DNA of 64,000 nt from Octopus bimaculoides (GCF_001194135.2 NC_068985.1:43657196-43721195), one strand, 5' to 3'; positions 1 through 14,657 are shown, counted from the stretch's first letter. The notes: a model not told the origin generated them from the sequence alone. A program made the numbers and translations.

Positions 1-3000
1 ATTTTAACATTTCTAAGCTTCAATACTATAATACATTTCAGGAAACAAAGGAACAGTTTCAGAATTTTAAACCATAAATTATGTAGTATAAAAATTTTGT
101 CTAGTTGTAATCATTCTTTATCTCCAGTTCCTTTCATCAACCATTTCCTTCTTTCACTCCCTTGTATCCCTGACTTTTGACTTTCTCAACACTATCTACT
201 CTCTCAGACTTTTCTATAATTCCTTCCCATTTATGTCTCAAATGACATTACCTCTCTTTTCTTCTTACAGCCAACTTTCCTCATTGCAATACAACATATT
301 GAATTTTCTTATATGATATAAAGATAAAAGATTATACCAAAGTATATAAAGTCAATTGATTAAACTAAGCTAAGTTTAGCCACTTCTACCATGGAATATT
401 GTGATTGAGGATCAATTTCTCAAACTGCTCTTTAATCACTATTCAAGTTTCACTCTACTGATATCATTTTCACAATTTAACTCTTCTTCAATGAAATATT
501 AATCATATTCCTTTTCCCTTCTTTCTTGACATGGGTCTGCAGACAATAAAGGAAGAGTTACTATTCATACAAACAGTCTTGTTTGTTTGGTATCTTCTAT
601 GAAAGCATGCCTGGGTTGTTTGTTATCTGATAGACTCAGGGAAACAGGTGAGGGTTGGCAACAGGAGGTATCTGGCCAAAGAAAAAAAAACTGCCTCAAT
701 AAAATCTCATCTGACTCGTGTAAGCACGAAAAGGTAGATGTAAAATGATGATGAGGATGATGATGTTGATTATTTTGTAACCCAACTTATACTGAAGCAA
801 TACTTTTTAAATAATCCAAGCAACATTATAAAAAGCAAACAAGTTAAAAAATTACATTTAGCACCTTGTACCATCAATATATTTACTCATTAGACAACTT
901 AGTATGTCTCAATTTTGTGTTCATAAATGCATTTAAAGGATCTTTATAACCAACAAACTGGTTTGAATTAACTGGAAAATGTCACCTTGCTTAAGGTATT
1001 CTTGATAACTTGATCTCTTCAAGTGAATCATTTTCATTTTAGTAACAATAAAACTGTTATATTATTGATAAAAAAAACTGAAGGCATCAATATTTTAAAA
1101 TATTTTTTTAAATGTATAGTTCAAAGAGAAAACTAAATATACATAAAACTGTATAACTGCCAATATTTGCTAAACTGGCGCCATCATTTCTGTAGGTATC
1201 CTTGTATCCCATATTTATTTTACTTTTCTCATGTGAATTTTACCATAAGTGAAATTATATCCTAAGTAGTTTTCACTTGTCAATCATGTCATTAAAGTAC
1301 TTTAGTTAAATACTTTCTAAAGCCTTGATAAATTCATAATATTAGTATTTATCATTGTTCTTTTTTAATTTTGAAATCTTAATTGAAGTGATTAAACAAC
1401 ACAAGGGCTACATTAGAATATCAAATATTAAATCCACTCAGTTATATACATGCAAATACAAACATAATGACAAATATATTCAACTTTGAGATGAAGTACC
1501 TAAAACATACATATGAAGTACTAGAATAGAGCACCTTTAAAAATACATAAGTGAAGTAGTTAAAAGAACCCTCTACCGTTACTTTTGTTGTTAGTATACA
1601 AAGAAAAAGGTCTCAGACTGTTACAAGAGAGAGTACTGGGGAGAAATAAAAGTAGTTATATCTCATAATACATTGAGTTGTTGGATCGTCACTAGAGAAT
1701 TTATTTTCATGTTGTGACTCAAAGAGAGGATACACTGGGTATAGTCCACAGTATTGATTTGAGTGCACTATTGAAAATTAGTAAGACAATTTTATGGTGC
1801 TTCACTACTTCTCTACTGTAGTAAGCTGTATCTTTACATGGTATTGATTAATCTAGCGCAAGGTGATCTGAGACATTGAAAGTTAAGTAACATTTGTATG
1901 GATACAATGCAATGTTAATACAGTAAGAATGATCAACCATTAGGTAGACTGGCAGCCTATCATTCTGGCCAGCTGTGGCTCTCATGAAAGAAACAGGCTT
2001 AATGAATAGATATTTTTCTGTATTACAGAATATAAAGAGAATTAGTTAAGCATAACAAACTCTCAATTATTACTTTAGCCTAAATTTATCAAATAATTTC
2101 TTTCTGGGGAGGGTAAATGACAAAACTATCAAGAAATTTAATAAAAACGTTTCTTTGAACTTGTTTTTATACGGTTTTAGACAATTTTCAAAACTGATGC
2201 TTCATCTTATTTTTTTCCTTCAATATATCTAAAATATCAAGTTTAGTACCAAAGAAATTAACTGGGTACCAAAATCTAACTTACTTCTTATTTATATTTA
2301 TTAATAAGGAAAGAAGAGATTTATTATAGGTGTATGTATATATTTTGTCAATGGAGTGTAAAAAATTAAAAGTTACAATAAATATTGTTTATAAATTGAA
2401 GAAAACAAATGAAGAATCTTATATGAAACAATAAGAGAGTGGAGTGAAGAAATTCAGAGCAAACCGAGAAAATAAATATCTGACAAAGGACAGACATGAA
2501 ATTAATAGATTTAATAAATAATGATTTTTTTACATTAAGTAAAAGCCCAATTTGTTTGAAAGATGAAAATAGTGAAATATTTTCTGATATATATCTTATC
2601 AAGCTATAAAGATTGAAAGACTAAGGTGAACTTGATGGCAATTCAACACCAAAATGAGAGACATTTAAATATTTGGTAGTTTTACAAATACAGATTTCTG
2701 ATATCTGCACAAGGCAAAATAATTCTAGAAGAAGATTATAATTAATTGAATTGACCCTGGTACATGCCTGGTACTTATTTTCTGGTGGGATGGATGACAA
2801 AGTCATTCTTGGTAAAACTAAATACTGTAAGGCCATCACAACAATTCTCCTTAGTATAATATGCAAATACAACTAGCATATAATTTCAATGCATACAGTA
2901 ACACAATACAAGAAATTATGTAAAAATATTTTCTAGTATACAAAAGGAAGAATAATGGAAGCAACAGAAAGATAAGAAAATATTCTTCTGTTAAGTCATT

Positions 3001-5129
3001 CTAAATTTACAATGGTTCTATTTCAGTTTTAGGACCTTTCACTTAAATACTTAAATATTTCAAAATTATTATAAGTTCTAAAGAATACCCAATCATTTAC
3101 ATTTGATCTGGAAAATCTTAAACAGAAAAATAAACCTTTAACAAAAAAACAAAGCAAAAATTGCATATTCTGATGTAGACATTTTGTTATCATAGAGCAA
3201 AAAAACCCCCACTTAATTATACACAAACTCTTGCTCTATTTGGAGAATAAGTAAAAGGTACTTATTGAGAAAGATATCTATGATAGACTTGTCTCTTATA
3301 CAGGAAGATATTGTCACCAACCCTATGAATTTTAGTAGTTTCAAGGTAATGAGAGAGTCTCTATACAATCACTGAGTTGGAGTCTGAAGAATAGTGACTT
3401 CAGTGGTCTATGATAGAATTAAATATTTTTACTACTGAAGAGCATTGTACCATTTCGGTTATAGAATAAGGATCTGAGCAGCCCAGGTGGAAACTGGAAA
3501 TAACATTTACTGGTAAAGAGACTAAAAGAAAACTCATAAAAAATTACTGGAAAAGGAGAAATATTAAAATCAAAACTGATAACATAAACCCTCTTTGACA
3601 GAATGCAGTTTGAAAATCTGCCTTTATTTTCTGAATTGTGTAGGTTTGATATAGTATATCATCAGTTGTAAGTATATAATTATTTGTACATATCCAGTCA
3701 ATACATAAAAACACATTTTTTATAAAACTTATCACAGTTCTTCTAGATTTATATGGTTCTTTTGTATAAAACATGTTTTTACTAGAATTCAAAGTTTTGC
3801 CTGACACCTATTCAGCTAGAAAAATAAGTTGTCAGGTGAAACTTAAAGTCCCAGTCAAAATGAATTTTATAATAAATTTGGATCTACTTTCAGTATTGAA
3901 TCTCACCATCAGTAAATGTTCTGTTGTTATTCTTATTGTTTTACTAATAACCTTAAATTAACACTACAGTTCTTAGGTATTAAGACCAATTTTTCATGTT
4001 TAAAACAACAGTTGTTTATACAAATAATGTATCTTAAGCATTTTAAGAACATGCACATGGATAAGTTTTAAATATCTATTCTACATCAGAGAGTAAATTA
4101 TTCCAAAATACAAAACATTATCTGAAGATAGTCAACAACAGTTGAATGTATTTTAATTCTTAGTACAAGTGATATTCACCACTGTCACTAAATCCTGAAC
4201 TGCATTCAAATAGCATTGTTGTTTGGGGCCAAAAATGAGAATTAAGCACCCTTCTGAGTGAGAAACAAAGCTTAGCTTTATTTCAGAAAGAATTGCCAAA
4301 AGATTTCCTGTTTGCATCATATGTGCTTATTTTTTTGTGTTTTATTGAATGAATTTCTTCAGATTTTTCTTCCTTTAACTGTTGAGCACAATGACAGTTA
4401 CGTGCTGAAGTAGAATTTGATGATATTAATATTTTATTTATCATTATTTATCTACTCATGATTTAATTAGAGAAAAAGAACTTGGTCTTGGATAAAATAT
4501 TTAGAGCGATATTTCTGTGTCCTCTATAAACACCACCTAAGTGATAATGAGATTAACTAATTTTGAGCTGGAGGGGAGTTATACAGTTGATATTACAGCC
4601 ATGCTTTCAGGAGTGAATGGTAAGGATTAAACCTGCCCACTTCAAAAAAAAAAAAAGAAAGAAAAAGACCCCCCCCCTCATAATTTACTGATCTATTTTA
4701 AATGTAGTTTTTGCATATTGGTGTGTTTATGAAGAGAGTGTAATTATTTAAGTAAAAATATAAATGAGCTTAAAATAACAAAAGAAATATTTAATTCCTT
4801 TTTATTTCCCTCCATTAGTAACATAATATATTAATGTTTGTGATAATTGTGAAATTAGCAACAATAACTGAGATTAAGTGCTAGAAATAGAAGAGTATTA
4901 GATTAAATGGCAATATTTAGTCTTGTTCCTCTCTGTCCTCAGTGCAAGTTTTGCTGGGATTGACCTTGCTTTTCACTTTTTTTCAAAACATTAAAATAAA
5001 TAAGAGAATTGATTTAATCAATTTCCTTAGTACAAATTGTAACATTAGGTTTTTGGAGTTACTTTGATTTTATGAACATATAAGGTTAATGAATTTACTG
5101 ACCAACAAATAAACTCTGTTGAAGATATT

Positions 5130-5320
5130 CTTTTCTACTCTAGGCACAAGGCCCGAAATTTTGGGGAAGGGGGCCAGTCAATTAAATTAACCCCAGTATG
5201 CAACTGGTACTTAATTTATTGACCTCGAAAGGATGAAAGGCAAAGTTGACCTCATAAATACAGACGAAATACCTCTAAGCATTTTTCCTGGTGTGCTAAT
5301 GTTTCTGCAAGCTCACTATC
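5130..5320 (-). mobile_element. SINE family B with 11-bp TSD
   Basis: Flanked by ttgaagatatt at 5119-5129 and 5321-5331. Body matches 16641-16849. Confidence 0.85.
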
Positions 5321-6539
5321 TTGAAGATATTGAAGTATATGAAAGATTGCAGGAAGCTAAGCTTAATAAAGGACATGGTACAGAAGCATGACTTTTTAGT
5401 AAGGCAACTTTCTCTCATTTTAGTGTTGGTGTCACAGTAAAACACACCCAGTATGCACTAAAGTGGCTGGTGATAAATGATGGATCCACCCATAGAAACC
5501 ATACAAAGATGGAACATACAAGCATGGTTCTGGTTCCCCAACCCATTTAAGAGGGAAGTAACTTTGAATCAGAACTGAATTAGACAATGACAATTTGTTC
5601 AGCCCAAGAAAACATTTTGATGATGACAAAAAAAAAAGATTAGTCAAACTAAATAACATGAGGAACTAGCTCAGAATACTTGATTGTAATTGTTTAATAC
5701 TTTTAATAAATGAAAACAAATACATTTTGATACTCTTTAACATTACTTTGTTTTCCAATCCATGGTATTGTATAGCAGGAATCTTCCAACAGGATAAACA
5801 TTTAAGTCTGAACATATGCATATTTCCTATTGCTAACTGGAGAATCTTCACAGTATCTGCTTCATTATTTAGAAGATTATTTTATAAAATAATTCTTGCA
5901 TTTCTAATTGCAGTAATTATAGTAATGATTATGTTATCGAAGGCCTCTGTCAATCAGGTTTGACAATGTATTTGCACCAGGAAGATTTCCCTTTAGGGCA
6001 CATACTTGGGAAAAGTGGTTTTTGAGAAGACCAACACTTGCCCATGTAACAAATCTCCTTCTTCCATGCCCTCAGTGGATAAAGCATGGCACTGGTGTCC
6101 TCTAGGCAAACTTAGAAAGCAGAGCAAGGACAGATACTCTAAAGCATTTCAACCAATGCTCAACATTTCTGAAAATCCACCACACTCTACTAGTACTTTA
6201 TTTTGTGGATAATAATATCCACAAAATGATGGAAGGCAAATGAATACAAAAAGCAGAAACATACTCCAAAAACAAAAAAGCAAACAAACAAAAGTAACCA
6301 CATACACAGCATTTTGTTGAACACTGATGATTCAATCAATCTACCACCTCCAGTGATTATATTTCATCTATTCTTCCCATATATATTGATCTTATTCACT
6401 AATATTGTAAGTTTCAAAAAACTAAATAAACAAAGTACTAAAATTGACAGTTTCAAGCTTCCAAAATCAATAGTGAAGTGAAGAGAACAACAAACAAACA
6501 AAAAAGCTAAATGTACCATTTATAAACTTTGGGTTATAG

Positions 6540-6542
<3 letters not shown>

Positions 6543-6618
<76 letters not shown>

Positions 6619-6666
6619 AACGAAGCAACTAAGATACTAGCAAATNNNNNNNNNNNNNNNNNNNNN

Positions 6667-6708
<42 letters not shown>

Positions 6709-6718
6709 GTGAGAGAGA

Positions 6719-6750
<32 letters not shown>
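6543..6750. repeat. (TG)n/(AG)n compound microsatellite spanning a small gap
   Basis: Read directly. Confidence 0.95.
6646..6666. other. Assembly gap
   Basis: N run. Confidence 1.
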
Positions 6751-6751
<1 letters not shown>

Positions 6752-7079
6752 GAAACGAAGCAACTAAGATACTAGCAAATGAATGGATGGAGCAGAAACA
6801 GTTCATTCATTCATTACTAATTCATCTTTATATGTAAATTCTCTCACAATTGCAATATAAGAGAGTTAAATGTCATTGTATACATTGTGCTTGTGATAGA
6901 GAAATGATAATTTATTACAAACCACTGAGTACATCTCATACAAAACACTGACCAATGTACTTCCTACATGTTATTCATCTAAACAATAACATTTGAAAAA
7001 TTACTTGTTCTGTTATCTTCTTATACTGAAGATCTATCAAGTTCATTTATATATTTTGTAAATTTTAATTCATCCTTAT

Positions 7080-7950
7080 CATTATCATTTAATGGCCATC
7101 TTCCATCCTCACATGGTTTGGGTGGTTTGACAGGATTCAATGAGTTGGAGGATGGCATTGAGCTCCAATGTTTGCTTTGGCATGGTTTCTATGGCTGAAT
7201 GTCCATCCTCACCAACCACTTTATAGGGTGTACTGGGTGCTTTTGTTCATGACACTGACACAAAGGAGATGTTCAAGAATGGGGTTCTAGTAGAAAGGAA
7301 AGTGGCTTTAAGCTAGGTGAAAAGGGGCTAAAGTAGGATACAAGGATAGGCACAGGCATTTTGCTATAGAGGAGGTAGATGGCTACTCACTAGTATAAAA
7401 GGGTAGGTGGGAGTATTGAGAAAGAAAATGGAAGTGATGAGGTGTCAGAGCATAGTCTCAAGATACAAGAAGGTGAGCATAAGAAAGAATATGGACAGAA
7501 GATTGGGAAGGGTTGGTGGATAATTCATAAGAGTGTGAGCAGAGTTTCAGATGCTTAAAAATTGGGGTAGAGGTAAAAGAAACGGTGTGTTAGAAGAGAT
7601 GGGGTGATAAGTGGAAGCACAAGAAACATGGAGAGTAGCAGTATGATAAACCTGTTGACAGATCACAAAATTGAAGATGATGAGCGAGGTGGAAGAGTGG
7701 GGGAGGAGTAAAATAGACAGGGATATACTGTCACAGAAACAGATGTCAGATGTAGGTAAAGGTGAATATAGTGAGTGGGGGACAAAGTTGGGTTGGGGAG
7801 GTCACTGATGGCAGATATGAAAGGGTGTTAATAATGATACTAGAAATGAGAGGATGTTAACAAGGTATAGTAGACCTGAGATGTAGCTCAGAGAAGAGGG
7901 ATAGATAACTGGAGGCACAGAAAGGTGTGATTGGTGAAAAAAATCCTCTT
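7080..7950 (-). mobile_element. Non-autonomous element with an RTE-like 3' tail and a purine-rich (plus-strand) body
   Basis: RTE-tail-like start, and the body is similar to 27100-27250 (gatgaggtgtcagag...tcaagatacaa). Confidence 0.6.
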
Positions 7951-8849
7951 TAAATGAAAGTTGCATTCTGTATATTAGTTATTGGACACCAGAGAAAAAT
8001 CAGAAGATCAGACATTTGAGTTGAGTTTGCACACACAAAAACCTGCTTAAGAAAAGATGTCTTGTCTGCTTATAATCTTTAATCTAAAATGCTTGCTAGA
8101 AATGGAAAGAGAAACAATTTAAGAGAGAAGCTGCTAGATACAGTAACTAATGAATAAATGAATGACCTTCAATACATTATTAAGAGTACAAGAAAAAGTC
8201 AATCTAATTAATTTCATTATCATAATCATCATCAGCAACAGTCTAATTTTGTATTATGGCATAAGTTGTATTGATCTGAAGCAAAGCTTTCGCCCACCTA
8301 TATAGGTCATATTTCTTCCTTAATATGTAATACACTATTTAGATGAAGCATAACTACTTTCTTTCAAGTTATTCTTCATTCATCCTTACTGAAGCTGTAG
8401 CTGCTGAAACCTCTCAGTTCACAAGCCTTAACTTCTACTTCATGTAGTTGATTCTCATTCAGGCAAAACACCAAACTACTGCAGTAAAGATCATATGTTT
8501 TATGTTAGACAGAGAAAGATGATCCATTGATTATCAGTTTTATTATTGCTCTACACACCATTTTCGACTGTTGGCCTTACTATCACATTCACCTGTTCTG
8601 GTGCATATGGTTTAGTGCCAGGGTAGCTTTGCTTGAGTAGACCAATGATCAAAGGAGTTCCATGCATGGACATCCTGTCTTTTTATACATCCAACAAAAC
8701 TATCCAAAGTATTCTTCATTTTTAAGATGGTAAGGTGTGATTTGATGGAAATTTGGCTGCTATTTCTATTAGGTCAAGTGGTTAAGTAGAGGCTTCTTTG
8801 TGAGCTTGCCTCTGGCACTTTTTAGATTAAGCCATCTAAGAGGACTTAA

Positions 8850-9620
8850 TAATTGAAACACACCATTACAACAAGTCGTATCTTCAATGATGCTTCATAT
8901 AAGCAATTCAAGCAGCCACTGAAATCTAAGAAGCTGTTCACTGATGGCTGTTCTCTCAACACGACTAATGGATTAGTTCTCAAGAGACCATGACAATTTG
9001 GTATCACAATAAGCATAAAGAAAATGAAAATATTGTACCAGTCTGCCCCCAGAAATTCCTATAGAGAACTCAAGGTCACTATAAATAGGCAAAAACTACA
9101 GGCAGCACATATTCTGCAGTGAATTTTGATGAAAAGGTCAACTGCAGGATTTCCAACTACAACAATGACTTCTGCAGATTGCAGTGTAGGAGGTGAAGAA
9201 GAATCATCCTCCTTACAAAACTGAAATTCTAATACATCTCTTTCTGTATGCTAAGCAGTTAATAGGAGACATGTAAGACATCTCCACCATGCTTTATGAG
9301 GAGTCTTCACAGCATTCTGTACATTCACCATGTCTGTATACTTTCTTGTAGAATGGTCAGGTAATATAAGTTGGATATATTAGTAACATGCCAGACCAAA
9401 ACATCCCAAAGGATATTGTTAGGAGGCAAAATAAAGGATCCAAGGATTACTCAAAAGCTTCTTTAAAGCATTCAATATAATGGTTGACTCCTGAAGGCTG
9501 CTGGTCTAAAATACACTGGTGCCCACACACTTGAAAACAAAAGAACAGCTGTGGCTGAGAGGAAACACTGACTATGCACAGTTATAGCTGCTGTTACTCT
9601 AAGTGTTGCACTTTTTTGTA
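8850..9620 (+). mobile_element. Highly decayed RTE-BovB-like LINE remnant
   Basis: FGITISIKKMKILYQSAPRNSYRELKVTINRQKL and an NMPDQNIPKD...ASLKAFNI-like tract resemble the BovB RT C-terminal region. Confidence 0.65.
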
Positions 9621-10499
9621 TGCCCCCTATAAGTAGGAGAGGATTCTAAGATATTAAAAGTATAAAAACATACGTAACAAAAAGCAATTCTCCTCTCAAG
9701 AACAACAAGCCAAATTATTTCATATTCTTAGAATAAGTCTATTTAGAAACATTTTAAAATAATTCAATATTCTGCTATTTTGCATTAGAAAACAATTCCT
9801 AAATAAAAATTTTAAAAAATATCTTTAATACATTTTATAACATTACACACACACACACACACACACATTATACAGAAGGGATTATTATCCAGGCTGTGTC
9901 CCCATGAAGTACATCTGCAGATTCAAGCTACTAGTTGTATGTATGCAGATGTTTATTTTGGTCAAGTAATATTATTTGGAAAGTAAGTATGCATTAAAAG
10001 ACTGTGATTTACGGTATTATTTTAATACTCTGGTTACAAATGTTTCGTTACAAAATGGGAACTATATTTTATGAACATAGATATATAATAATAATAATAT
10101 AAATGTAATGAATTCATAATAATATATACACATATTTAAAACTTTCTCATGTGCAAATTTCTAGACTTAGTCTCAAAATATATTATATTACTATTAATTA
10201 ATAGTAATATCTATGGTCATAAAATGCATAAGTTGTAAAGAAACATTTGTAACTGCAGTATTAAAATAATACCATCAATTCTAGTTTTCCATTTTAATAC
10301 ACACACACACACACACACACACACATTTTGTATTAGTGCAGACATGTAAGTAATTTATTTATTATTAAATATGATAATGTAAGTTATTTACATGCTTTTT
10401 GATTTATGAAGCAAATTTGTCATGATTTTGGATTTTTTATCAAAGATTCATCTAAATATTTCTCAGTCATTTATGACTATATATATATGTACACACACA

Positions 10500-10790
10500 C
10501 ACAGGTGTAACTCTGTAATTAAGAAGCATGCTTCCCAGCCATGTGGTCTCAGGTTCCATACCACTACATGGCACTTTGGGCAAGTGTCTTCTACTATAGC
10601 CCTAGGCTGGCAAAAGCCTTGTGCATTTATTTGGTAGAAGAAAATTGAAAGAAGTCCATTCAATATATGTGTGTGTACATGGTGTTTGTGTGTCCTTGAC
10701 TCAACATAATGTAATGATTGTAAATGAGCATCACCATCATAGAAACAATGTTGTTCATGTCTGGTATTCCATAAAAAACGTGTTTAGCCA
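10500..10790 (+). mobile_element. SINE family A partial copy
   Basis: ggcactttgggcaagtgtcttctactatagcc core followed by aaagccttgtg. Confidence 0.7.
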
Positions 10791-11149
10791 TGGGGAAATA
10801 TTACCTTCTTTGGAAACAGGTGAGGATTGACAACAGGAAGGGCATCTGGCCATAGAAAAATTCCATCTGACCCATGCAAACATGGAACAGTGGATGTTAA
10901 ATTATGACAATAATGATACATACATACGTACATGCATACGTATGTAACTTGTGTGTACGTATGTACATACATACATACATACAAGCAAAATCAGCCTCTT
11001 CAGAACACTCAACATGCCTGGATAGTTCACTCATTCAACGCTGGCATATAGACATGAAGGGCATTGTTCAGTTTATCAGCTCTTTTTGAGAAGCTTTCGG
11101 TAAAATAGGGCTATGTACTTGATGCCATCCTGTTTGACATGTTTTTCAG

Positions 11150-11945
11150 TCACACTGATGCATATGTTTTGAACTACTTTTATATCAGACCAGATAGGAG
11201 GTTACTCAGTTTGTCTTGGCTGAGGGCTAAAAACCAAAGTACATACAGTTCTTGTCAATGACATGTTGCTTGCAGGTAATGTGGCACAGGTAAGACACTC
11301 TGAAGAGCAATTACAATGCTTTATGCACAGCTTTACAAGATCCTGTCAGGACTTCAACATGGTAATCAGCCTAAAGAAGACTAATGTTTTGAGTTAAGGT
11401 CTTGAACATACATTTTTCATTGACATTAATATTTACAAGCTGGTGAATGTTTGTTCACATTTTCTTATGCTCTGAGATCAATGCCTTACATCTTCATAGC
11501 CTGAGATGCATTCTAGACATAAATTAGACTGACTGAAACACCATCAATGAGTTCTTGGCCCATGTCTAGATACTCAGCTTCTTCAATCAGTGCCAACAAT
11601 GATGTCTCTGCTGACTGAACAATGAACACATGTCAGATGGGAGGATTTTGAAAAACCTGCTCTATAGGGAGTTGGCCTCTAGCAAAACAGCACCAGAGTA
11701 ATCTCAAATTTTTTTTTTTAATCAAAGATGTCCAGGCTAACAAATGTAAATATCAAGAGATGGGAAGAAGTTGTAAGTGATTGCCTTCACTAACTAGAGG
11801 CTAGAACTTGGAGTGGGGTTCTAAAAAGAAAAGAGAAACTGAGGCTTGCCGCTAAAGAAAAGTATATATACAAAAAAAAATAAAAAAGATAAAATGCAGC
11901 TGAGACTGTCATTCATTTGTGGATCTCTAAATCCAAAAATGTATC
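11150..11945 (+). mobile_element. Decayed RTE-BovB-like LINE RT/C-terminal remnant
   Basis: Manual translation gives KVHTVLVNDMLLAGNVAQVRHSEEQLQCFMHSFTRSCQDFNMVISLKKTNVL and MSDGRILKNLLY, matching the BovB-type RT layout. Many stops and frameshifts. Confidence 0.8.
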
Positions 11946-12439
11946 TCACCCCACTCCATATAAAGAAAAAGTCTGGTGATTCAATGTATGAAAACATAGA
12001 ATCTAGTTCCTCTCTTGAAAACATGGAAGAGTTTGCATCAGGAAGAGTATCCAGTAGTAGAATACTGACTCAATCAGTTTTGATGAATCCAGCAGATGAT
12101 GATGTTGACACACACACACAATACAAACTACTCAGCATTTTAGATCAAGCATACAATTACAAAAATCAATTGAAGTAGGGCACAGACATATGAGTAATGT
12201 GTGTATCTTATGTTATTTTATATCAGTGTTGTATAGAATTATCAGTAAGAAAATCAAAACATTGGTGCTTTGCAAACAAGGGTTCTTGATCAAGTGAGAC
12301 ACTCCTTGTCACTCACACCATCACAACTGTAGTAATTAGCATGGGGGAGTTGTAAAGAATGATGCTATCTTTCACAAATTGTGATATAAGATAAATAAAA
12401 TATATATTTAGGAACAAGTTTGTTAAGACAATCGTCTCT

Positions 12440-12768
12440 GTATAATCCTCCTCACAGGATAGCAATTACTGGAAATTTTGGACTATTTGCGAAAATGATT
12501 TCCCATATTGTGAGGAAATTTATAGAGATGATGATTTATAGTCTTGCCTAACACAAGAGATGAATAAATTAAAAAGGCCTCTGAGATATTTAGAGAAATA
12601 GGCTTAAGAATTACAGTTGATACTGACTTTAGCATAGTTAAATTTTTCTGGATATTACTTTATATTTAGAAAAAAATATCTACACATAGCAAAAAACTAA
12701 TAAAAAACTATTTTATATAAATAAGGATTAGAACCTAATCCACAAAGAAATCTAGTCTCCCAAACTTG

Positions 12769-12811
<43 letters not shown>

Positions 12812-13140
12812 TTGTTTATCTTTGGATGTAGTCACATTCATTAATACTTCTCATTATTAAAAGGGGAACTTTGTAATAGTGCCTTTTCAGATAAAATACA
12901 ATACAAAACCTGAATTGATATTTCCAAATGTAAAAGTGAACCAAGAAATATTCTGTGAAATAATCCAGAATATAGTCGAAATACCTGCACCCAATATAGC
13001 TACAGACTTTAACTTAATCACTTTTCTTTTTCAGATAAATCATTGATAAGCTTTTTAATAATAGAAACTAGCGGGACTGATGAATATTTCACAGAATTAA
13101 TGGTAAACCTATTGGATTATTTCTGAAAACTTTATCCCAA
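12440..13140 (+). mobile_element. Penelope-like retroelement RT remnant
   Basis: YRDD, then IFREIGLRITVDTD and FLDITLYL, followed by an RNIL-NNPEYS tract like the RNIIWFNPPYS motif of Penelope elements. Interrupted by a (TA)n run. Confidence 0.7.
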
Positions 13141-13243
13141 AAACCTGAAAGTGTAGACTGTGTTGTGTCTGTATGAAAAGATAGTCACTCATCTGCTACT
13201 CATTGAAAAGTAAAAGAAATTGGAATACACTCATTACTTAATG

Positions 13244-13279
<36 letters not shown>

Positions 13280-13544
13280 TTTATATACTTTATGCACAAT
13301 TTTATAGACTTTAATACACAGCATTCATAAATTAAATATTCACTCTTATTTTTCCATTTTTCTCATAAACAAGCAAAAAATATCTCATACATATGATACA
13401 AACTTGAGTTAAATTGCAAATATCTGCCATGTAAATAAGCATGAATATTTCATGGAATTGCACTTATGTGCATGTGTTAAGTGACAGGTGATATAAAAAA
13501 CTTAGTTCAATTAAAAAAATAAAACATTTTTCACTATGCAATCA

Positions 13545-13688
13545 CCACCACCACCACTACAAAAACTGGAGACTGTTTTAGCTGAAGAATGGACAAAAAT
13601 TCCTTTGGAAACAATTCAAACTTTGTACGAGTCCATACCTCGTAGAATTCAAGCTGTGATTACTGCCATATTAAAATAAGCTTGTTTG
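13545..13688 (+). mobile_element. Tc1-family transposase C-terminal fragment next to a gap
   Basis: PLQKLETVLAEEWTKIPLETIQTLYESIPRRIQAVITA is a typical Tc1 C-terminus (EEW..IP...SIPRRIQAVI). Confidence 0.85.
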
Positions 13689-14396
13689 NNNNNNNNNNNN
13701 NNNNNNNNNNNNNNNNNNNNNNNNNNNNNNNNNNNNNNNNNNNNNNNNNNNNNNNNNNNNNNNNNNNNNNNNNNNNNNNNNNNNNNNNNNNNNNNNNNNN
13801 NNNNNNNNNNNNNNNNNNNNNNNNNNNNNNNNNNNNNNNNNNNNNNNNNNNNNNNNNNNNNNNNNNNNNNNNNNNNNNNNNNNNNNNNNNNNNNNNNNNN
13901 NNNNNNNNNNNNNNNNNNNNNNNNNNNNNNNNNNNNNNNNNNNNNNNNNNNNNNNNNNNNNNNNNNNNNNNNNNNNNNNNNNNNNNNNNNNNNNNNNNNN
14001 NNNNNNNNNNNNNNNNNNNNNNNNNNNNNNNNNNNNNNNNNNNNNNNNNNNNNNNNNNNNNNNNNNNNNNNNNNNNNNNNNNNNNNNNNNNNNNNNNNNN
14101 NNNNNNNNNNNNNNNNNNNNNNNNNNNNNNNNNNNNNNNNNNNNNNNNNNNNNNNNNNNNNNNNNNNNNNNNNNNNNNNNNNNNNNNNNNNNNNNNNNNN
14201 NNNNNNNNNNNNNNNNNNNNNNNNNNNNNNNNNNNNNNNNNNNNNNNNNNNNNNNNNNNNNNNNNNNNNNNNNNNNNNNNNNNNNNNNNNNNNNNNNNNN
14301 NNNNNNNNNNNNNNNNNNNNNNNNNNNNNNNNNNNNNNNNNNNNNNNNNNNNNNNNNNNNNNNNNNNNNNNNNNNNNNNNNNNNNNNNNNNNNNNN
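13689..14396. other. Assembly gap
   Basis: N run. Confidence 1.
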
Positions 14397-14616
14397 GCAC
14401 ATAAAAGATACCATTTCGAGCGTGGCCGTTTTCGTGTGGGTGACACGTAAAAGCACCCACTACACTCTCTGAGTGGTTGGCGTTAGGAAGGGCATCCAGC
14501 TGTAGAAACTCTGCCAAATCAGACTGGAGCCTGGTGTTGCCATCCGGTTTCACCAGTCCTCAGTCAAATCGTCCAACCCATGCTAGCATGGAAAGCGGAC
14601 GTTAAACGATGATGAT

Positions 14617-14617
<1 letters not shown>
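14397..14617 (+). mobile_element. RTE 3' end, young copy emerging from a gap
   Basis: Reverse complement aligns closely with 54235-54440, and it ends in ggacgttaaacgatgatgatgat. Confidence 0.85.

Positions 14618-14657
<40 letters not shown>

Noticed and set aside
6600-6785. Direct repeat gaagaaacgaagcaactaagatactagcaaat on both sides of a gap
   Set aside because: Probably an unmerged contig overlap at a microsatellite rather than a real duplication.
11846-12178. 110-aa plus-strand ORF
   Set aside because: The first part lies in the decayed RTE-BovB tail, and I found no good splice acceptor or recognisable domain.
13649-14553. Long ORFs of 240-297 aa (likewise 49561-50499)
   Set aside because: Artefacts of N gaps translated as X.
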